A DNA stretch of 64,000 bases, taken from positions 28,283-92,282 of the forward strand of contig JBBDYC010000003.1 of NCBI GenBank assembly GCA_040901985.1, written 5' to 3'. The stretch comes from Gemmatimonadaceae bacterium (GTDB lineage: Bacteria > Gemmatimonadota > Gemmatimonadetes > Gemmatimonadales > Gemmatimonadaceae). The notes beneath the pieces are model-generated. The model saw nothing but the letters and a program-made list of their open reading frames with translations, had not been told where the DNA came from and did not search any database. The translations under genes and the position numbers were made by a program. Positions 1 to 13,502 of this stretch are shown in pieces; position 1 is the stretch's first letter, and every line of letters begins with the position of its first letter.

Positions 1-49
1 ATAGGTAGGCGGGCGCTGCTGCGCGCCACTGGGGCGGCCCTGGGGGCGC

Positions 50-694
50 TTGGCCCCCGCGTTCCCCGCCACCGCGCTCGAACGCCGCGCACTCGCGCTC
101 GGCTGGGATCGTACGCGCGCGCTCGCGGACGGGGCGGGGCGGCTGCGCGGCTCGGCCCGCCTCGGTGTGGCAGGGCTCAACCCGGACGCCGGCGGCGACG
201 ATATCGCCCCGAGGGACTATTTCGTCGTGCGCGGTGGGGTGGACGTGGAGGCGGCGATTCCGGTGGGGACTTCGCGCGTCGTCCTGCGGACAATCGCGGC
301 GAGCGTGGGCGCGAGTGGCGCGCTGAGTCAGGGCGTCCCTGAGCAGGATGCCGTGTACTTCGGCGGTCCGGTGACTGGGCCGGGGTACGGTTTCCACTCG
401 CTGGCGGGCGAGTCGGCGGTCAGCCAGCGGGTCGAGTGGCAGTCGCGTATCCCGTTCATTTCCTTGGACTTAGGACGATTCGGCCGAGTGCCGTCCTCGC
501 TTGTGGTCGCTCCCTACGTGCACGGCGTCTGGCTCGACCGTCCTCTCCGGGGAAGCCCCGGCTGGCACCCGGCGGCCGGGATTGCGACGATTGGGATCTT
601 CGACCTCCTGCGATTCGACGTCTCGCGCGGCCTGCGCGACGGTCGCTGGCTCTTCTCCGTAGACGTGGCGCGCGAGTTCTGGCCCGTGCTCTGA
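50..694 (+). CDS. Outer-membrane beta-barrel protein, C-terminal part (Omp85/surface-antigen-like); probably 5'-incomplete
   Basis: Alternating beta-strand pattern, GGPVTGPGY motif and aromatic C-terminus (RFDVSRGLRDGRWLFSVDVAREFW). No signal peptide; in-frame TAG at 2-4, so the true start is unclear. Confidence 0.5.
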   Translation: MAPAFPATALERRALALGWDRTRALADGAGRLRGSARLGVAGLNPDAGGDDIAPRDYFVVRGGVDVEAAIPVGTSRVVLRTIAASVGASGALSQGVPEQDAVYFGGPVTGPGYGFHSLAGESAVSQRVEWQSRIPFISLDLGRFGRVPSSLVVAPYVHGVWLDRPLRGSPGWHPAAGIATIGIFDLLRFDVSRGLRDGRWLFSVDVAREFWPVL

Positions 695-792
695 CGGATG
701 ATGCCTGTGCGCCGCCGCTTCTGGCCGCACCGGGGCTAGGGGGTATCTTTCAGGGCTACCGCGTCGAGGAAGTCACTGCCATCGGGAGTGGA

Positions 793-3078
793 ATGGGGAG
801 TTCGGCCAAGTCTGCGCGCGACGAATGGTTGTTGGTCACCCTTGAGTCGCTCCTCACTGCGGAGCAGCTCGAGGAGTTGAAGGCCGCCACGGTGGAGAGC
901 CACTGGGAGGAGGTCCTGAAGCGCGCATGGGCCACCGACGACGCAATCGTCCAGGCGGTCGCCAAGCGGTTCCGGATGAAGATCGCCGACCTCAGCTCGG
1001 TGAGTCAGCAGGCGCGCGAGCTCGTCCCCGAGACGCTGGCCCGGCGCTACCGGATCGTCCCGCTCCTGATCTCCGATTCGATTCTCGACATCGCGACGTC
1101 CGATCCCCTTGACCTCGACTGCGAGCGCTCGCTTGCCTTCGCGCTCGGGCGCACGGTGCGGATGTCCATTGCGGCGCCGCGGCGCATCGCCGACCGGCTC
1201 GACGAGGTCTACCGCCCGGAGAACGTGATCGAGAAGATCCTCGAAAACGTGCAGGGGACCTACGACCTCGAGAGCATTGACGAGACGGCCGACGAGGCCG
1301 ACCTCGACATCAATGCGCAGCGCGCCGGCGAGCGCCCGGTGATCCAGCTGGTGGACCGCATCGTGGCCGAGGGCATCCAGTCGCGCGCCTCGGACATCCA
1401 CTTGGAGCCCGAAGAGGGCGGCGTGGCGGTGCGCTACCGCATTGACGGCGTGCTGCGCCAGGTGATGGTGCTCCCCAAGGCCGCCGGCGTCCCGCTCGTG
1501 AGCCGCGTGAAGATCATGGCGCAGCTCGACATCGCCGACCGGCTCCGCCCGCAGGATGGACGGGCGCGCGTGGCGGTGAGCGGCAGCCGCGTGGACCTCC
1601 GCGTCTCGACCCTCCCCGCCTCGCAGGGCGAGAAGGTCGTGATCCGCATCCTCGACCAGCGCTCGACGATCCTCTCGCTCGACGCGCTCGGCTTGCTGCC
1701 GGACGAGCACCAGCGGATCATGGAACTCCTGCAGGCGCGCGAGGGGATCGTCCTCGTCACCGGCCCGACCGGCTCCGGCAAGACGACCACGCTCTACTCG
1801 ATGCTGCGCACCGTGCAGGGCCGCGGCGTGAACATCGTCACGGTCGAGGACCCGGTGGAGTATCGGCTCCAGGGAATCGTCCAGGTGCAGATCAACGAGA
1901 AGGCGGGGCTCACCTTCCCGGCCGCGCTCCGCTCGATCCTCCGCCAGGACCCCGACGTCATCCTCGTCGGCGAGATCCGCGACAAGGAGACGGCCAACAT
2001 CGCCGTGCAGGCCTCGCTGACCGGCCACCTCGTGCTCTCGACGCTGCACACCAACGACGCGGCGAGCGCGGTCACGCGGCTGGTGGACATCGGGATCGAG
2101 AGCTACAAGATCGCCGCCGCGCTCAAGGGGGTCGTCGCCCAGCGACTGATGCGGCGGCTCTGCTCGCATTGCCGCGAGCTCGCCGTCGGTCAGGTGCCGG
2201 AGCGCCTCGAGAAGTATTTCCCCGAGCGCGGGACCCTCTACCGCGGCGTCGGCTGCGCCGAGTGCTCGATGACCGGGTATCGGGGCCGGCTGGCGATCGA
2301 GGAGGTCCTCCACCTGACCGACGAGGTCGAGCGGCGGATTGCCGGCAACGAGAGCGTGGAGCGGATCAACGACGCCGCGCGAGAGGGCGGGATGCGCTCG
2401 CTCTGGGAGTCGGCGGTGGACCACGTCCGCAAGGGCGAGACGACGATCGAGGAGCTGTTGCGCGTGCTCGAGGCGCCGCAGGAGGGCTCCAAGGCCTCGG
2501 GTCAGGCGTCGCGCGGGAGTACGCCGGCGGCGCCGGCGGCGCCGGCGGCCCTGACCGCCCCGACGATGGACGACGAGGAAGGCCCGTCGGGGCCCAGCGT
2601 CGGCCGCCGCCGCGGCACGCGCCACTCCGCGGCCGCCACCTTCACCGGCGACTCGTTCGAGCTCGTCGGCGACGAGACGCTCAAGCGTCCCGCCGCCAAG
2701 CGCGTGCTCCTGGTGGAGGACGAGGAGGCGCTGCGGCGCGTGATGAAGGACCTCCTCGAGCGCGAGGGGTTCGTCGTCTACGAGGCGGGCGACGGCGTCC
2801 TCGCGCTCGACGAGGTGGACCGCCTCGCCCCCGACCTCGTGGTCCTCGACCTCAACCTCCCGCGGCTCGACGGCTACGGCGTGTTGAGCCACCTGCGCGC
2901 GCGGCCGGCCACGCAGCGACTCCCGGTGATCGTCCTCACCGCCAAGGGCGACGAGGACAGCGAGGTGCGCGTCTTCGAGTACGGCGCGAGCGACTACCTC
3001 ACCAAGCCCTTCCGCGCCCGCGCCCTTTCCGCCCGCATCCATTCGCTTCTCGACCGGAAGGCCAAGTCGGCGCCGTGA
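793..3078 (+). CDS. GspE/PilB-family secretion/pilus assembly ATPase with C-terminal response-regulator receiver domain
   Basis: Walker A GPTGSGKT, Asp box TVEDPVE, Walker B LRQDPDVILVGEIRD, His box GHLVLSTLHTND, CxxC..CxxC. C-terminal REC (VEDEE, LDLNLP, LTAK, YLTKPF). ATG 793 chosen after GGGAG. Confidence 0.9.
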   Translation: MGSSAKSARDEWLLVTLESLLTAEQLEELKAATVESHWEEVLKRAWATDDAIVQAVAKRFRMKIADLSSVSQQARELVPETLARRYRIVPLLISDSILDIATSDPLDLDCERSLAFALGRTVRMSIAAPRRIADRLDEVYRPENVIEKILENVQGTYDLESIDETADEADLDINAQRAGERPVIQLVDRIVAEGIQSRASDIHLEPEEGGVAVRYRIDGVLRQVMVLPKAAGVPLVSRVKIMAQLDIADRLRPQDGRARVAVSGSRVDLRVSTLPASQGEKVVIRILDQRSTILSLDALGLLPDEHQRIMELLQAREGIVLVTGPTGSGKTTTLYSMLRTVQGRGVNIVTVEDPVEYRLQGIVQVQINEKAGLTFPAALRSILRQDPDVILVGEIRDKETANIAVQASLTGHLVLSTLHTNDAASAVTRLVDIGIESYKIAAALKGVVAQRLMRRLCSHCRELAVGQVPERLEKYFPERGTLYRGVGCAECSMTGYRGRLAIEEVLHLTDEVERRIAGNESVERINDAAREGGMRSLWESAVDHVRKGETTIEELLRVLEAPQEGSKASGQASRGSTPAAPAAPAALTAPTMDDEEGPSGPSVGRRRGTRHSAAATFTGDSFELVGDETLKRPAAKRVLLVEDEEALRRVMKDLLEREGFVVYEAGDGVLALDEVDRLAPDLVVLDLNLPRLDGYGVLSHLRARPATQRLPVIVLTAKGDEDSEVRVFEYGASDYLTKPFRARALSARIHSLLDRKAKSAP

Positions 3079-3112
3079 GCGGGTGGCGCGCGTCCCACAC
3101 CGGAGCGTCCCA

Positions 3113-3583
3113 ATGAGCGCGATCCCGGTCGAGGTGGGGGTGGTGGACGTCATCGTCTTTCGCGCGGTCCAGCGCGGCTGGCAGATCCTCGTCCTCCGCC
3201 GCGCCGCCGGCGTCCGCTGTGCCGGAAGCTGGGAGATGGTCCACGGGCGCGTCGAGCCGGGGGAGGCCCTCCCCGCCGCCGCGCGCCGCGAGCTCAGGGA
3301 GGAGACGGACCTCGTCGCCGAGCGACTCCTGTCGGTGACGATGCATCCCTTCTATCTCGTCCCGAACGGCACGGTGCAGCTGGCCGCAGTGTTCGCGGCG
3401 GTCGTCGCCGGCGACGCCAAGGTCACGCTCGGAGCCGAGCACGACCGCCACGGCTGGGTCACCCCCACCGCCGCGCGCCGTCGCTTCAGCTGGCCGCACG
3501 AGCGCCGGCACCTCGACGACGCCTACACGTTGCTCCGGACGCCGGCGGTGCACGACGTCCTCGAGGTGAAGGCCGACCGGTGA
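3113..3583 (+). CDS. NUDIX hydrolase (NudB-like)
   Basis: Nudix box GRVEPGEALPAAARRELREETDL; EHD..W motif. Confidence 0.85.
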   Translation: MSAIPVEVGVVDVIVFRAVQRGWQILVLRRAAGVRCAGSWEMVHGRVEPGEALPAAARRELREETDLVAERLLSVTMHPFYLVPNGTVQLAAVFAAVVAGDAKVTLGAEHDRHGWVTPTAARRRFSWPHERRHLDDAYTLLRTPAVHDVLEVKADR

Positions 3584-3615
3584 TGCTCGCTCTGCGGCGC
3601 CGTCAAGGCGCGCCG

Positions 3616-4455
3616 CTAGTGTTCCCGGTCGGTGCTCGTCTTCAGGCGGTCCCCCGCGGACTCCGGCGCCCCGGGCTTCACCCGCACACTCTTCGCCGGG
3701 ATTCCCACGTTCACGTGGTACGGCCGCACGTCCTTCGTCGCCACCGCCACCGCGCCGACCATCCCCTGCTCGCCGACGTGGACGCCGGCGAGCACCGTCG
3801 CGTGGTAGGTGATCCGCGCCCCGTCGTGCAGCACCGTGGTCGCGTTCGTCACGTCCACCTGCTCAACGATGCTGTGCGTGTGCGAATAGATGTTCGCGTA
3901 GTCGCTCACCGAGACCTTGTTGCCGAGCCGGATCCCGCCGCGGTCGTCGAGCAGGACGTGGCGGTGGATCACGACGTCGTCGCCCACCTCGAGGTTGTAG
4001 CCGAAGGAGAACTCCACGTGCTGGAAGCACTTGAAGTTCTTCCCGACGCTCTTGAAGACGTGCGGCGCGAGCAGCCGCCGGAAACGCACGCCGAGGTCCA
4101 CGTTCTGCCCACCGATTGGCATCCGGTCAAACGAGTACCAGAGCCAGAGTAGCGGCTTCACCTTCTGGAAGCGCGCCTGGTCGCAATCACCGTAGAACTC
4201 CGGCTCCAGCGTCACGTTCCGCGGGTCGAGCGTGGCGAGTGCGAGGCGCGTGCCGAGCGGCGTGCGCTCGTCCGTCAGCGCCGCGTCGTAGCGCCCGGCG
4301 AGTCCCGGATACGAGAGCTCCACGAGCGTGTCCCGGCAGAGGACGTTCCGGTCCACGCCGGGGTCGGCGAGTTGCCGCTCCAGTCGCGCGAGCCAGGCCT
4401 CCTCCAGCGCGGCGGATGGGCGGGGGGGCAGGGGTCGTAGCGGGATGCGGGGCAT
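3616..4455 (-). CDS. Left-handed beta-helix (hexapeptide repeat) acyltransferase
   Basis: Hexapeptide repeats ([29 protein letters not shown]) and [11 protein letters not shown] tail. Confidence 0.85.
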   Translation of the reverse strand: MPRIPLRPLPPRPSAALEEAWLARLERQLADPGVDRNVLCRDTLVELSYPGLAGRYDAALTDERTPLGTRLALATLDPRNVTLEPEFYGDCDQARFQKVKPLLWLWYSFDRMPIGGQNVDLGVRFRRLLAPHVFKSVGKNFKCFQHVEFSFGYNLEVGDDVVIHRHVLLDDRGGIRLGNKVSVSDYANIYSHTHSIVEQVDVTNATTVLHDGARITYHATVLAGVHVGEQGMVGAVAVATKDVRPYHVNVGIPAKSVRVKPGAPESAGDRLKTSTDREH

Positions 4456-4497
4456 TGGGTCGCTCGGGTTGCTGGTCTGCGAACGAAAATACGTTGG

Positions 4498-5162
4498 TCA
4501 GCGCTCCGCCACGACCAGCGCCACGACCGCCTCCGCCAGCGCATCCCGGCCCTCCCCGCTCACCGCCGAGAACGCGATGATCTGCTCGGGGTCGAGCTCG
4601 AGCGTCTTCGCCAGCGACGCCACGCGCGCCCGCACCGCACCCTTGGCGAGCTTGTCCGTCTTCGTCACGCAGATGAGGGTCGGGAGGCCGATGTCCGCCA
4701 GCATATCGAGCATCTGCCGATCGTCGTCGGTCGGCTCGCGGCGGATGTCGAGGAGGAGGACGATCCCGCGCAGCAGCGTCGAGCCGCGCAGGTACCCCTC
4801 GATCAGCGGCCGCCACTCGGCCTGGCGATCCTTCGAGACCTTGGCGTAGCCGTAGCCGGGGAGGTCGGCGAGCACGAACTGGCCGTTGACCGCAAAGAAG
4901 TTGATCTCGCGGGTCCGTCCCGGGGTCTTGCTCACCCGGGCGAACGCCTTGCGCCGCACCAGCGCGTTCAGCAGCGAGGACTTGCCGACGTTCGACCGTC
5001 CGGCGAAGGCCACCTCGGGGAGAACGTGCGTCGGGCGCCACCCGGTGGCGGTGGCCATCGGCCCGAGGAACTCGAGGGACCGGATCGGGAGCGGGTCGGG
5101 TGCCGCCGCGGCGGCGCCTGCGGCGCGCGCGGAATCCGGCGGGCGCGCCGGCGGGCGCGCGC

Positions 5163-5166
<4 letters not shown>
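4498..5166 (-). CDS. engB: Ribosome biogenesis GTPase YihA/YsxC
   Basis: [41 protein letters not shown] overlap with clpX stop. Confidence 0.95.
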
Positions 5167-6410
<1,244 letters not shown>

Positions 6411-6479
6411 CAGCGACGGGCCTTGGAGTGGGAATCCAGCACCGACCGGGCGGCGTCCGTTCGACGCGTGACCGATGGA

Positions 6480-6542
6480 TGTGTAACGTTCGGGTCGGGC
6501 AGGGTCAACGCAACGGGGCCGGGGTTCGTGAAAAGATTCACA
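6480..6542 (-). promoter_or_regulatory. Putative internal clpX promoter with upstream CRP/FNR-like site
   Basis: Minus strand: TTGACC (6508-6503), 17 bp, TACACA (6485-6480); TGTGA-N6-TCACG palindrome at 6542-6527. Confidence 0.4.
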
Positions 6543-6558
6543 AAGGCCGGCCCAGGCC

Positions 6559-7182
6559 TCACTTCGCCGCCGTCAGCAGCTTCTCGTCAATCTCCGCCCG
6601 GCTTGTGATCACGTGGTCAATGATCCCGTACGCCTTGGCCTCCTCGGCGCTCATGAACCGGTCGCGGTCCACGTCGCGCTCGATCTGCTCGAGTGGCCGC
6701 CCGGTATGCTTGGCCATCAGCTCGTTCATCTTCGACCGCGTGTAGAGCACCTCGCGGGCCTGGATCTCGATGTCGGACGCCGTCCCCTGCATCCCGCCCG
6801 ACGGCTGGTGGATCATGATCCGCGAGTTCGGCAGCGCCGAGCGCTTGCCCGCCGCGCCCGAAGCCAGCAGGAACGCCCCCATTGAGGCCGCGAGCCCCAT
6901 GCAGATCGAGTTCACCGGCGACTTCAGGAACTGCATCGTGTCGTAGATCGCCAGCCCCGCCGAGACGCTGCCGCCCGGCGAGTTGATGTAGAGATGGATA
7001 TCGCGCCCGGGGTTGTCCGCCTCCAGGAAGAGCAACTGCGCGATGATCATGTTCGCCACGTCATCGTTCACCGGCGTGCCGAGGAAGATGATGCGGTCCA
7101 TCAGCAGGCGGCTGTAGACGTCGTACGTCCGCTCGCCGCGGCTGGAGCGCTCGATGACGTACGGATTCGGGATCATGGGCAT
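6559..7182 (-). CDS. clpP: ATP-dependent Clp protease proteolytic subunit
   Basis: [27 protein letters not shown] (catalytic Ser), MIHQP, RDRFMS; SD GAGGA before ATG 7182. Confidence 0.98.
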   Translation of the reverse strand: MPMIPNPYVIERSSRGERTYDVYSRLLMDRIIFLGTPVNDDVANMIIAQLLFLEADNPGRDIHLYINSPGGSVSAGLAIYDTMQFLKSPVNSICMGLAASMGAFLLASGAAGKRSALPNSRIMIHQPSGGMQGTASDIEIQAREVLYTRSKMNELMAKHTGRPLEQIERDVDRDRFMSAEEAKAYGIIDHVITSRAEIDEKLLTAAK

Positions 7183-7217
7183 CGGGTCGTCGTCCTCGTG
7201 GGATGTGCGTGCTGCGC

Positions 7218-8462
7218 TTACGCCTGGTCCACCGTGTTCCGTTCGAGCAGCCATTTGAACACTCGCTCCTCGGTGATGCTCCGTTCAAGCTCGCGGAGGC
7301 GTCCCGCTTTCTGCAAGGAGGCGTAGAGCGGGCCCGGTTCCACGCCGCGCTTCGCCGCCAGCTCGGCCACCCGGTCGTCCACGTCCGCCTCGCTCGCCGC
7401 GAGCTTCTCGCGCTCGCTGATCGTATCGAGGATCAGGTCGCGTCGCACCTGCCGCTCGGCCATCCCGCGGATCTCCTCGCCGAACTTCGCGATCTCCTCC
7501 TCGGGAATCCGGTACGCCTCGGCGTAGGCGCGGACCATCTGCTTCACCCAGCTCGGCGGGATGTCGAACGGGTTCGCCGCGACGATCTCGTCCAGCAACT
7601 GGGTCCGCGCCGCCGCGTCGGCCTCGCGCACCGCGTTCGCCGCGAGGTCCTCGCGCACGACCGTCGTAAAGGCGTCGAGCGAGGCAAAGTCGCCCATCTC
7701 GCTGGCAAAGGCGTCGTCGAGCGGCGGGAGCGACTTCCGCTTCACCTCGGTGAGCGTCGCCCGCACCTGCTTGGACTGGCCGCGCTGGCTCTCGTCGGGG
7801 AAGTCGTCCGGCCACTTCACCAGCTGCTCGACCGTCGCGCCGGGCGCCATCGTGAGGACGAGCTCCTCGACTGCCGGGATTGACTGGCCGGCGCCGAGCA
7901 CCAGCCGGTACTCCTTGCCTTCAGGGAACCCGCCGCTCTCGTCGGCCGTCGCGAGCATCACCGTCACGAGGTCCCCCTCGAGCGGCTTCTCCTCGAGCGG
8001 CGTCCAGGTCGCGCGCTGCTCGCGCATCTGGTCGAGCTGCTCCTGCACCTGGGTGTCGGTCACGCCGGCCTGCGGGCGCATCACCCGGAAGCCGTCCAGC
8101 CGGGTGAGGGAGATCTCGGGGCGCACCTCGCAGTGGAGCTCGAAGCTGAGGCCGTCATCCTCGCCGAACTGCACGTCGTGCGCGTGCGGCTGGGTGACGA
8201 GCTTGAGTTCCTCCTTGGCGAGCACCGTCTCGAACGCCTCCTTGAGGAGCGCTTCCACCGCCTCCTGGTCGATCGCGGCGGCGTACTGCTTGCGGACCAT
8301 CGCCGCCGGCGCCTTGCCGGGCCGGAAGCCCGGAATGCGGACCTGCTTGGCGACGCGGCCGGCCGCCTTGTTGCGCGCCTCGGCCACTCGCGCGGGCGGC
8401 ACGGCGACCCGCAGGCGCCGCTCGGCTCCCTCGCTCTTGGTGGCGGTGATCTGGATATCCAT
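7218..8462 (-). CDS. tig: Trigger factor
   Basis: Ribosome-binding signature [14 protein letters not shown]-like middle domain; tig-clpP-clpX synteny. Confidence 0.95.
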   Translation of the reverse strand: MDIQITATKSEGAERRLRVAVPPARVAEARNKAAGRVAKQVRIPGFRPGKAPAAMVRKQYAAAIDQEAVEALLKEAFETVLAKEELKLVTQPHAHDVQFGEDDGLSFELHCEVRPEISLTRLDGFRVMRPQAGVTDTQVQEQLDQMREQRATWTPLEEKPLEGDLVTVMLATADESGGFPEGKEYRLVLGAGQSIPAVEELVLTMAPGATVEQLVKWPDDFPDESQRGQSKQVRATLTEVKRKSLPPLDDAFASEMGDFASLDAFTTVVREDLAANAVREADAAARTQLLDEIVAANPFDIPPSWVKQMVRAYAEAYRIPEEEIAKFGEEIRGMAERQVRRDLILDTISEREKLAASEADVDDRVAELAAKRGVEPGPLYASLQKAGRLRELERSITEERVFKWLLERNTVDQA

Positions 8463-8648
8463 GGCGTGAGTGCTCGCGAACGCGTGATGTCGAGTGGGGA
8501 AAGGTAGGGCCGATGCATCGGCACGGAACGCCCCGCCCCGACGCGTCATCGCCAGGGCGGGGCGGGAGGTGCCACAGGGTGAAAACTAATCGGGGCGCCA
8601 CCGGCGACCAAGGCCGGGCCCCTCACCGCGCCTCACCCCTGCGATTGA

Positions 8649-8730
8649 TGCGAAAGGTGGGACTCGAACCCACACGCCTTTCGGCACGGGATCCTAAGTC
8701 CCGCGCGTCTGCCAGTTCCGCCACTTTCGC
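8649..8730 (-). tRNA. tRNA-Leu(TAG)
   Basis: GCGAAAG acceptor stem, D loop TGGCA, anticodon loop CTTAGGA, long variable arm, GGTTCGAGTCC; CCA not encoded. Confidence 0.95.
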
Positions 8731-8785
8731 CTTCGCCCGAGGGAAATGTGGCCCGGATCGCCCCGCCGCGAAAACCCCCGGCCGC

Positions 8786-8815
8786 AAAAAAGGGGCGCCC
8801 GAACAGGCGGCCCCC
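8786..8815 (-). terminator. Rho-independent terminator downstream of degP
   Basis: GGGGCCGCC-TGTTCG-GGCGCCCC hairpin followed by T6 on the minus strand. Confidence 0.7.
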
Positions 8816-8846
8816 TCCCACCACCTACCTCCCGCCTGTCGTGACG

Positions 8847-10379
<1,533 letters not shown>

Positions 10380-10496
10380 GGCGCAGTTCCTAAATAGCGG
10401 GGACAGGCGGGGCCAGTCGGCCCCGCCCCGCACACCTCACACCGTACATCGGTATCTAGTCAGTACCACCGCGGAGGGACAGGGTTTCCGCCCGCC

Positions 10497-12425
10497 TCAC
10501 GCCTTCTTGTCGTCCACGATCTCGAAGTCCGCCTCGGCGACCTCGTCCTTCGTCGCCTCGCCGGCGGCGGCGTCCGCCGGCACCGCCCCGTCCGACGGCG
10601 CCGCGGCCTGTGCGGCGTAGACCGCCTGACCCGCCGCCTGGAACGCCGCGTTCAGCTCCTCGAGCGCCGCCTTGATCTCGGCCATATCGTCGCCGCGATG
10701 CGCCTTGCGAGCGCGCTCCACCGCGCCGTCGAGCCGCGTCTTCAGCTCGGCCGGCACCTTGTCCGCCCACTCCTTCGACTCCTTCTCCACCTGGTACGCC
10801 AGTGTGTCCAGGCGGTTGCGCGTGTCTATCTCCTCGCGCTTCCGCTTGTCCTCGGCCGCGTTCTGCTCGGCGTCCTTCACCATCCGGTCCACCTCGGCGT
10901 CCGTCAGCCCGCTCGACGCCTCGATGCGGATCTTCTGCTCCTTCCCCGTCGCCTTGTCGCGCGCCGCCACGTGGAGGATGCCGTTGGCGTCAATGTCGAA
11001 GGTCACCTCGACCTGCGGCATCCCGCGCGGGGCCGGCGGGATCCCCGTCAGCTGGAACTTGCCGATCGTCTTGTTGTGCAGCGCCAGCTCGCGCTCGCCC
11101 TGGAGCACGTGGATCTCGACCGTCGTCTGGTTGTCGTCGGCGGTCGAGAACGTCTCCGACTTCTTGGTCGGGATCGTCGTGTTCCGCGGGATGAGCACGG
11201 TGGTGACGCCCCCCAGGGTCTCGATGCCGAGCGAGAGCGGCGTGACGTCGAGCAGGAGCACGTCCTTCTGCTCGCCGGTGAGCACCGCCCCCTGGATGGC
11301 CGCGCCGACGGCGACGACCTCGTCCGGGTTCACGCCCTTGTTCGGCTCCTTCTTGAAGAAGTCCTTGACGATCTCCTGGATCTTCGGCATCCGCGTCGAG
11401 CCGCCGACGAGGATCACCTCGTCCACGGTGGACGGATCGAGACCGGCGTCCTTGAGCGCCTTCTGCATCGGCGGGATCGTGCGCTGCACGAGGTCGTCCA
11501 CGAGCTGCTCGAACTTGGCCCGCGTCAGCTGGTAGTTGAGGTGCTTCGGCCCCGACTGGTCCGCCGTGATGAACGGCAGGTTGATGTCCGTGCTCATGGT
11601 CCCCGAGAGCTCGATCTTCGCCTTCTCGGCGGCCTCCTTCAGCCGCTGGAGCGCCATCGGGTCCTTCGAGAGGTCAATCGCCTGGTCCTTCTTGAACTCG
11701 GCGACCAGCCAGTCAATGACCTTCTGGTCGAAGTCGTCGCCGCCAAGGTGCGTGTCGCCGTTGGTGGACTTGACCTCGAACTGGCGCGTACCGTCGACCT
11801 CGTACAGCTCGAGCACCGAGATGTCGTAGGTGCCGCCGCCGAGGTCGAAGACCGCGATCTTCTCGTCCTTCTGCTTGTTCTTGTCGAGGCCGTAGGCGAG
11901 CGCCGCCGCCGTCGGCTCGTTCACGATGCGGAGCACCTCGAGGCCGGCGATCTTGCCGGCGTCCTTGGTGGCCTGGCGCTGCGAGTCATTGAAGTAGGCA
12001 GGCACCGTGATGACCGCCTTCGTCACCGAGTGCCCGAGGTAGTCCTCCGCCGTCTGCTTCATCTTCTGCAGGATCATCGCCGAGATCTCGGGCGGCGTGT
12101 ACGCCTTCCCCTGGACCTCCACCGACGCCAGGTCGTTCTGCCCGCGGACGACCTTGTACGGCACCCGGGCGATCTCGGTCGTCATCTCCGCCATCTTCCC
12201 GCCCATGAACCGCTTGATCGAGAACACCGTATTGGCGGGGTTCGTCACCGCCTGCCGCTTGGCGATCTGGCCGACGAGCCGCTCGCCGTCCTTGCTGAAG
12301 CCGACCACGGACGGCGTTGTCCGGCCGCCTTCCGCGTTGGGGATGACGACGGGGTCGCCGCCTTCCATCACCGCAACCACGGAGTTGGTCGTACCGAGAT
12401 CGATGCCAATCACCTTGTCTGCCAT
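10497..12425 (-). CDS. dnaK: Hsp70 chaperone DnaK
   Basis: [33 protein letters not shown]-terminal EADFEIV. Confidence 0.99.
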   Translation of the reverse strand: MADKVIGIDLGTTNSVVAVMEGGDPVVIPNAEGGRTTPSVVGFSKDGERLVGQIAKRQAVTNPANTVFSIKRFMGGKMAEMTTEIARVPYKVVRGQNDLASVEVQGKAYTPPEISAMILQKMKQTAEDYLGHSVTKAVITVPAYFNDSQRQATKDAGKIAGLEVLRIVNEPTAAALAYGLDKNKQKDEKIAVFDLGGGTYDISVLELYEVDGTRQFEVKSTNGDTHLGGDDFDQKVIDWLVAEFKKDQAIDLSKDPMALQRLKEAAEKAKIELSGTMSTDINLPFITADQSGPKHLNYQLTRAKFEQLVDDLVQRTIPPMQKALKDAGLDPSTVDEVILVGGSTRMPKIQEIVKDFFKKEPNKGVNPDEVVAVGAAIQGAVLTGEQKDVLLLDVTPLSLGIETLGGVTTVLIPRNTTIPTKKSETFSTADDNQTTVEIHVLQGERELALHNKTIGKFQLTGIPPAPRGMPQVEVTFDIDANGILHVAARDKATGKEQKIRIEASSGLTDAEVDRMVKDAEQNAAEDKRKREEIDTRNRLDTLAYQVEKESKEWADKVPAELKTRLDGAVERARKAHRGDDMAEIKAALEELNAAFQAAGQAVYAAQAAAPSDGAVPADAAAGEATKDEVAEADFEIVDDKKA

Positions 12426-12584
12426 TCGGTCCTCGAAGGAGTATCTTGAGCGCGGAGTGGTCGGCGGCGTTCGCCGACGGAGTCTTGCCTACTCGTTTCA
12501 ACGGCAAGGGTGGGGCCAGAGATTCGTGCCATTTTGGCTGGTTCTGGCTTTTTTCGCTCTGAATGCCCCTGACAAGACGACGCG

Positions 12585-13361
12585 ATGATCCCCCTGAGCG
12601 ACGACAATCCTACGGTCCGCCTTCCGGTGATGACCATCCTGCTGCTGGCCGCGATGGCCAGCGTCTGGATTCTCGTCCAGAAGGCCGGATTCGACGAGCG
12701 CGTCCTCGCGATGAGCATCTGCAACCTCGGCCTCGTCCCCGCCGAGCTCTCCGGCGCGGCGCCGGTCGGGACGGGCATTCCGCTGACGCGCGACCTGATT
12801 TGCGTTGTGGACGCGGACGCGCTCCGGTGGGCGACGCCGGTCATCTCGATCTTCCTGCACGGGGGCTGGGCGCACCTGCTCGGGAACGGCCTCTTCTTCT
12901 GGGTCTTCGGCAACAACATTGAGGATGTGATGGGGCCGGCGCGCTTCCTGGCGTTCTTCCTGCTCTGCGGGGTGGCGGCGGCGGTGGCGCACATCCTCGT
13001 GCAGCCGGCGTCGGCGGTGCCCACGGTCGGCGCGTCGGGGGCCGTCTCGGGAGTGATGGGCGCGTATCTGGTTCTTTTTCCCCGCGTCCGGGTCCGGATG
13101 CTCTTCATCCTGCTCGTCTTCTTCAAGGTCGTCCCGGTGCCGGCCTGGGCGGTGCTGCTCTGGTGGTTCGGCCTGCAGGTGCTGATGGGGCTGCCGGCGC
13201 TCGGCGGGGCGGGGGAGATGACGGGGGGCGTGGCCGTGTGGGCCCACGTCGGCGGGTTCGTCACCGGCGCGGTGCTGATCCGGGCGTTCCTGCGGCACGA
13301 CCTGGTCGAGCTGCGGCGCGGTATGTTGTTGCGGCGCGGCCTCTTGCGGGCGGTCGAATGA
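12585..13361 (+). CDS. Rhomboid-family intramembrane serine protease
   Basis: FLHGGWAHLLGN, GASGAV (Ser), AHVGGF (His). Confidence 0.93.
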   Translation: MIPLSDDNPTVRLPVMTILLLAAMASVWILVQKAGFDERVLAMSICNLGLVPAELSGAAPVGTGIPLTRDLICVVDADALRWATPVISIFLHGGWAHLLGNGLFFWVFGNNIEDVMGPARFLAFFLLCGVAAAVAHILVQPASAVPTVGASGAVSGVMGAYLVLFPRVRVRMLFILLVFFKVVPVPAWAVLLWWFGLQVLMGLPALGGAGEMTGGVAVWAHVGGFVTGAVLIRAFLRHDLVELRRGMLLRRGLLRAVE

Positions 13362-13502
13362 GTGACCGGTGCGTTCCACGGGGCCGGTCCGTGTCGCGTT
13401 TGCCGCCCCTCTCTGACGGGCGGTATCTTTAGGGCGCCCGGACCCAACCTGGGGGCGCGATCGGTGCCCTCCTGCGCCCCACCTCCCGCCCCGCCACCAC
13501 CC

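Noticed and set aside
1..49. Possible frameshift or pseudogene at the 5' end of the first ORF
   Set aside because: An in-frame TAG at 2-4 is visible, but the upstream sequence is outside the window, so this cannot be judged.
12517..12531. Sigma-54-like TGGCACG upstream of dnaK
   Set aside because: The -12 element reads TCTG rather than TTGC.
13362..13502. Pho box upstream of DUF47-pit-ppk1
   Set aside because: No convincing 11-bp direct repeat; only a TATCTT -10-like box.
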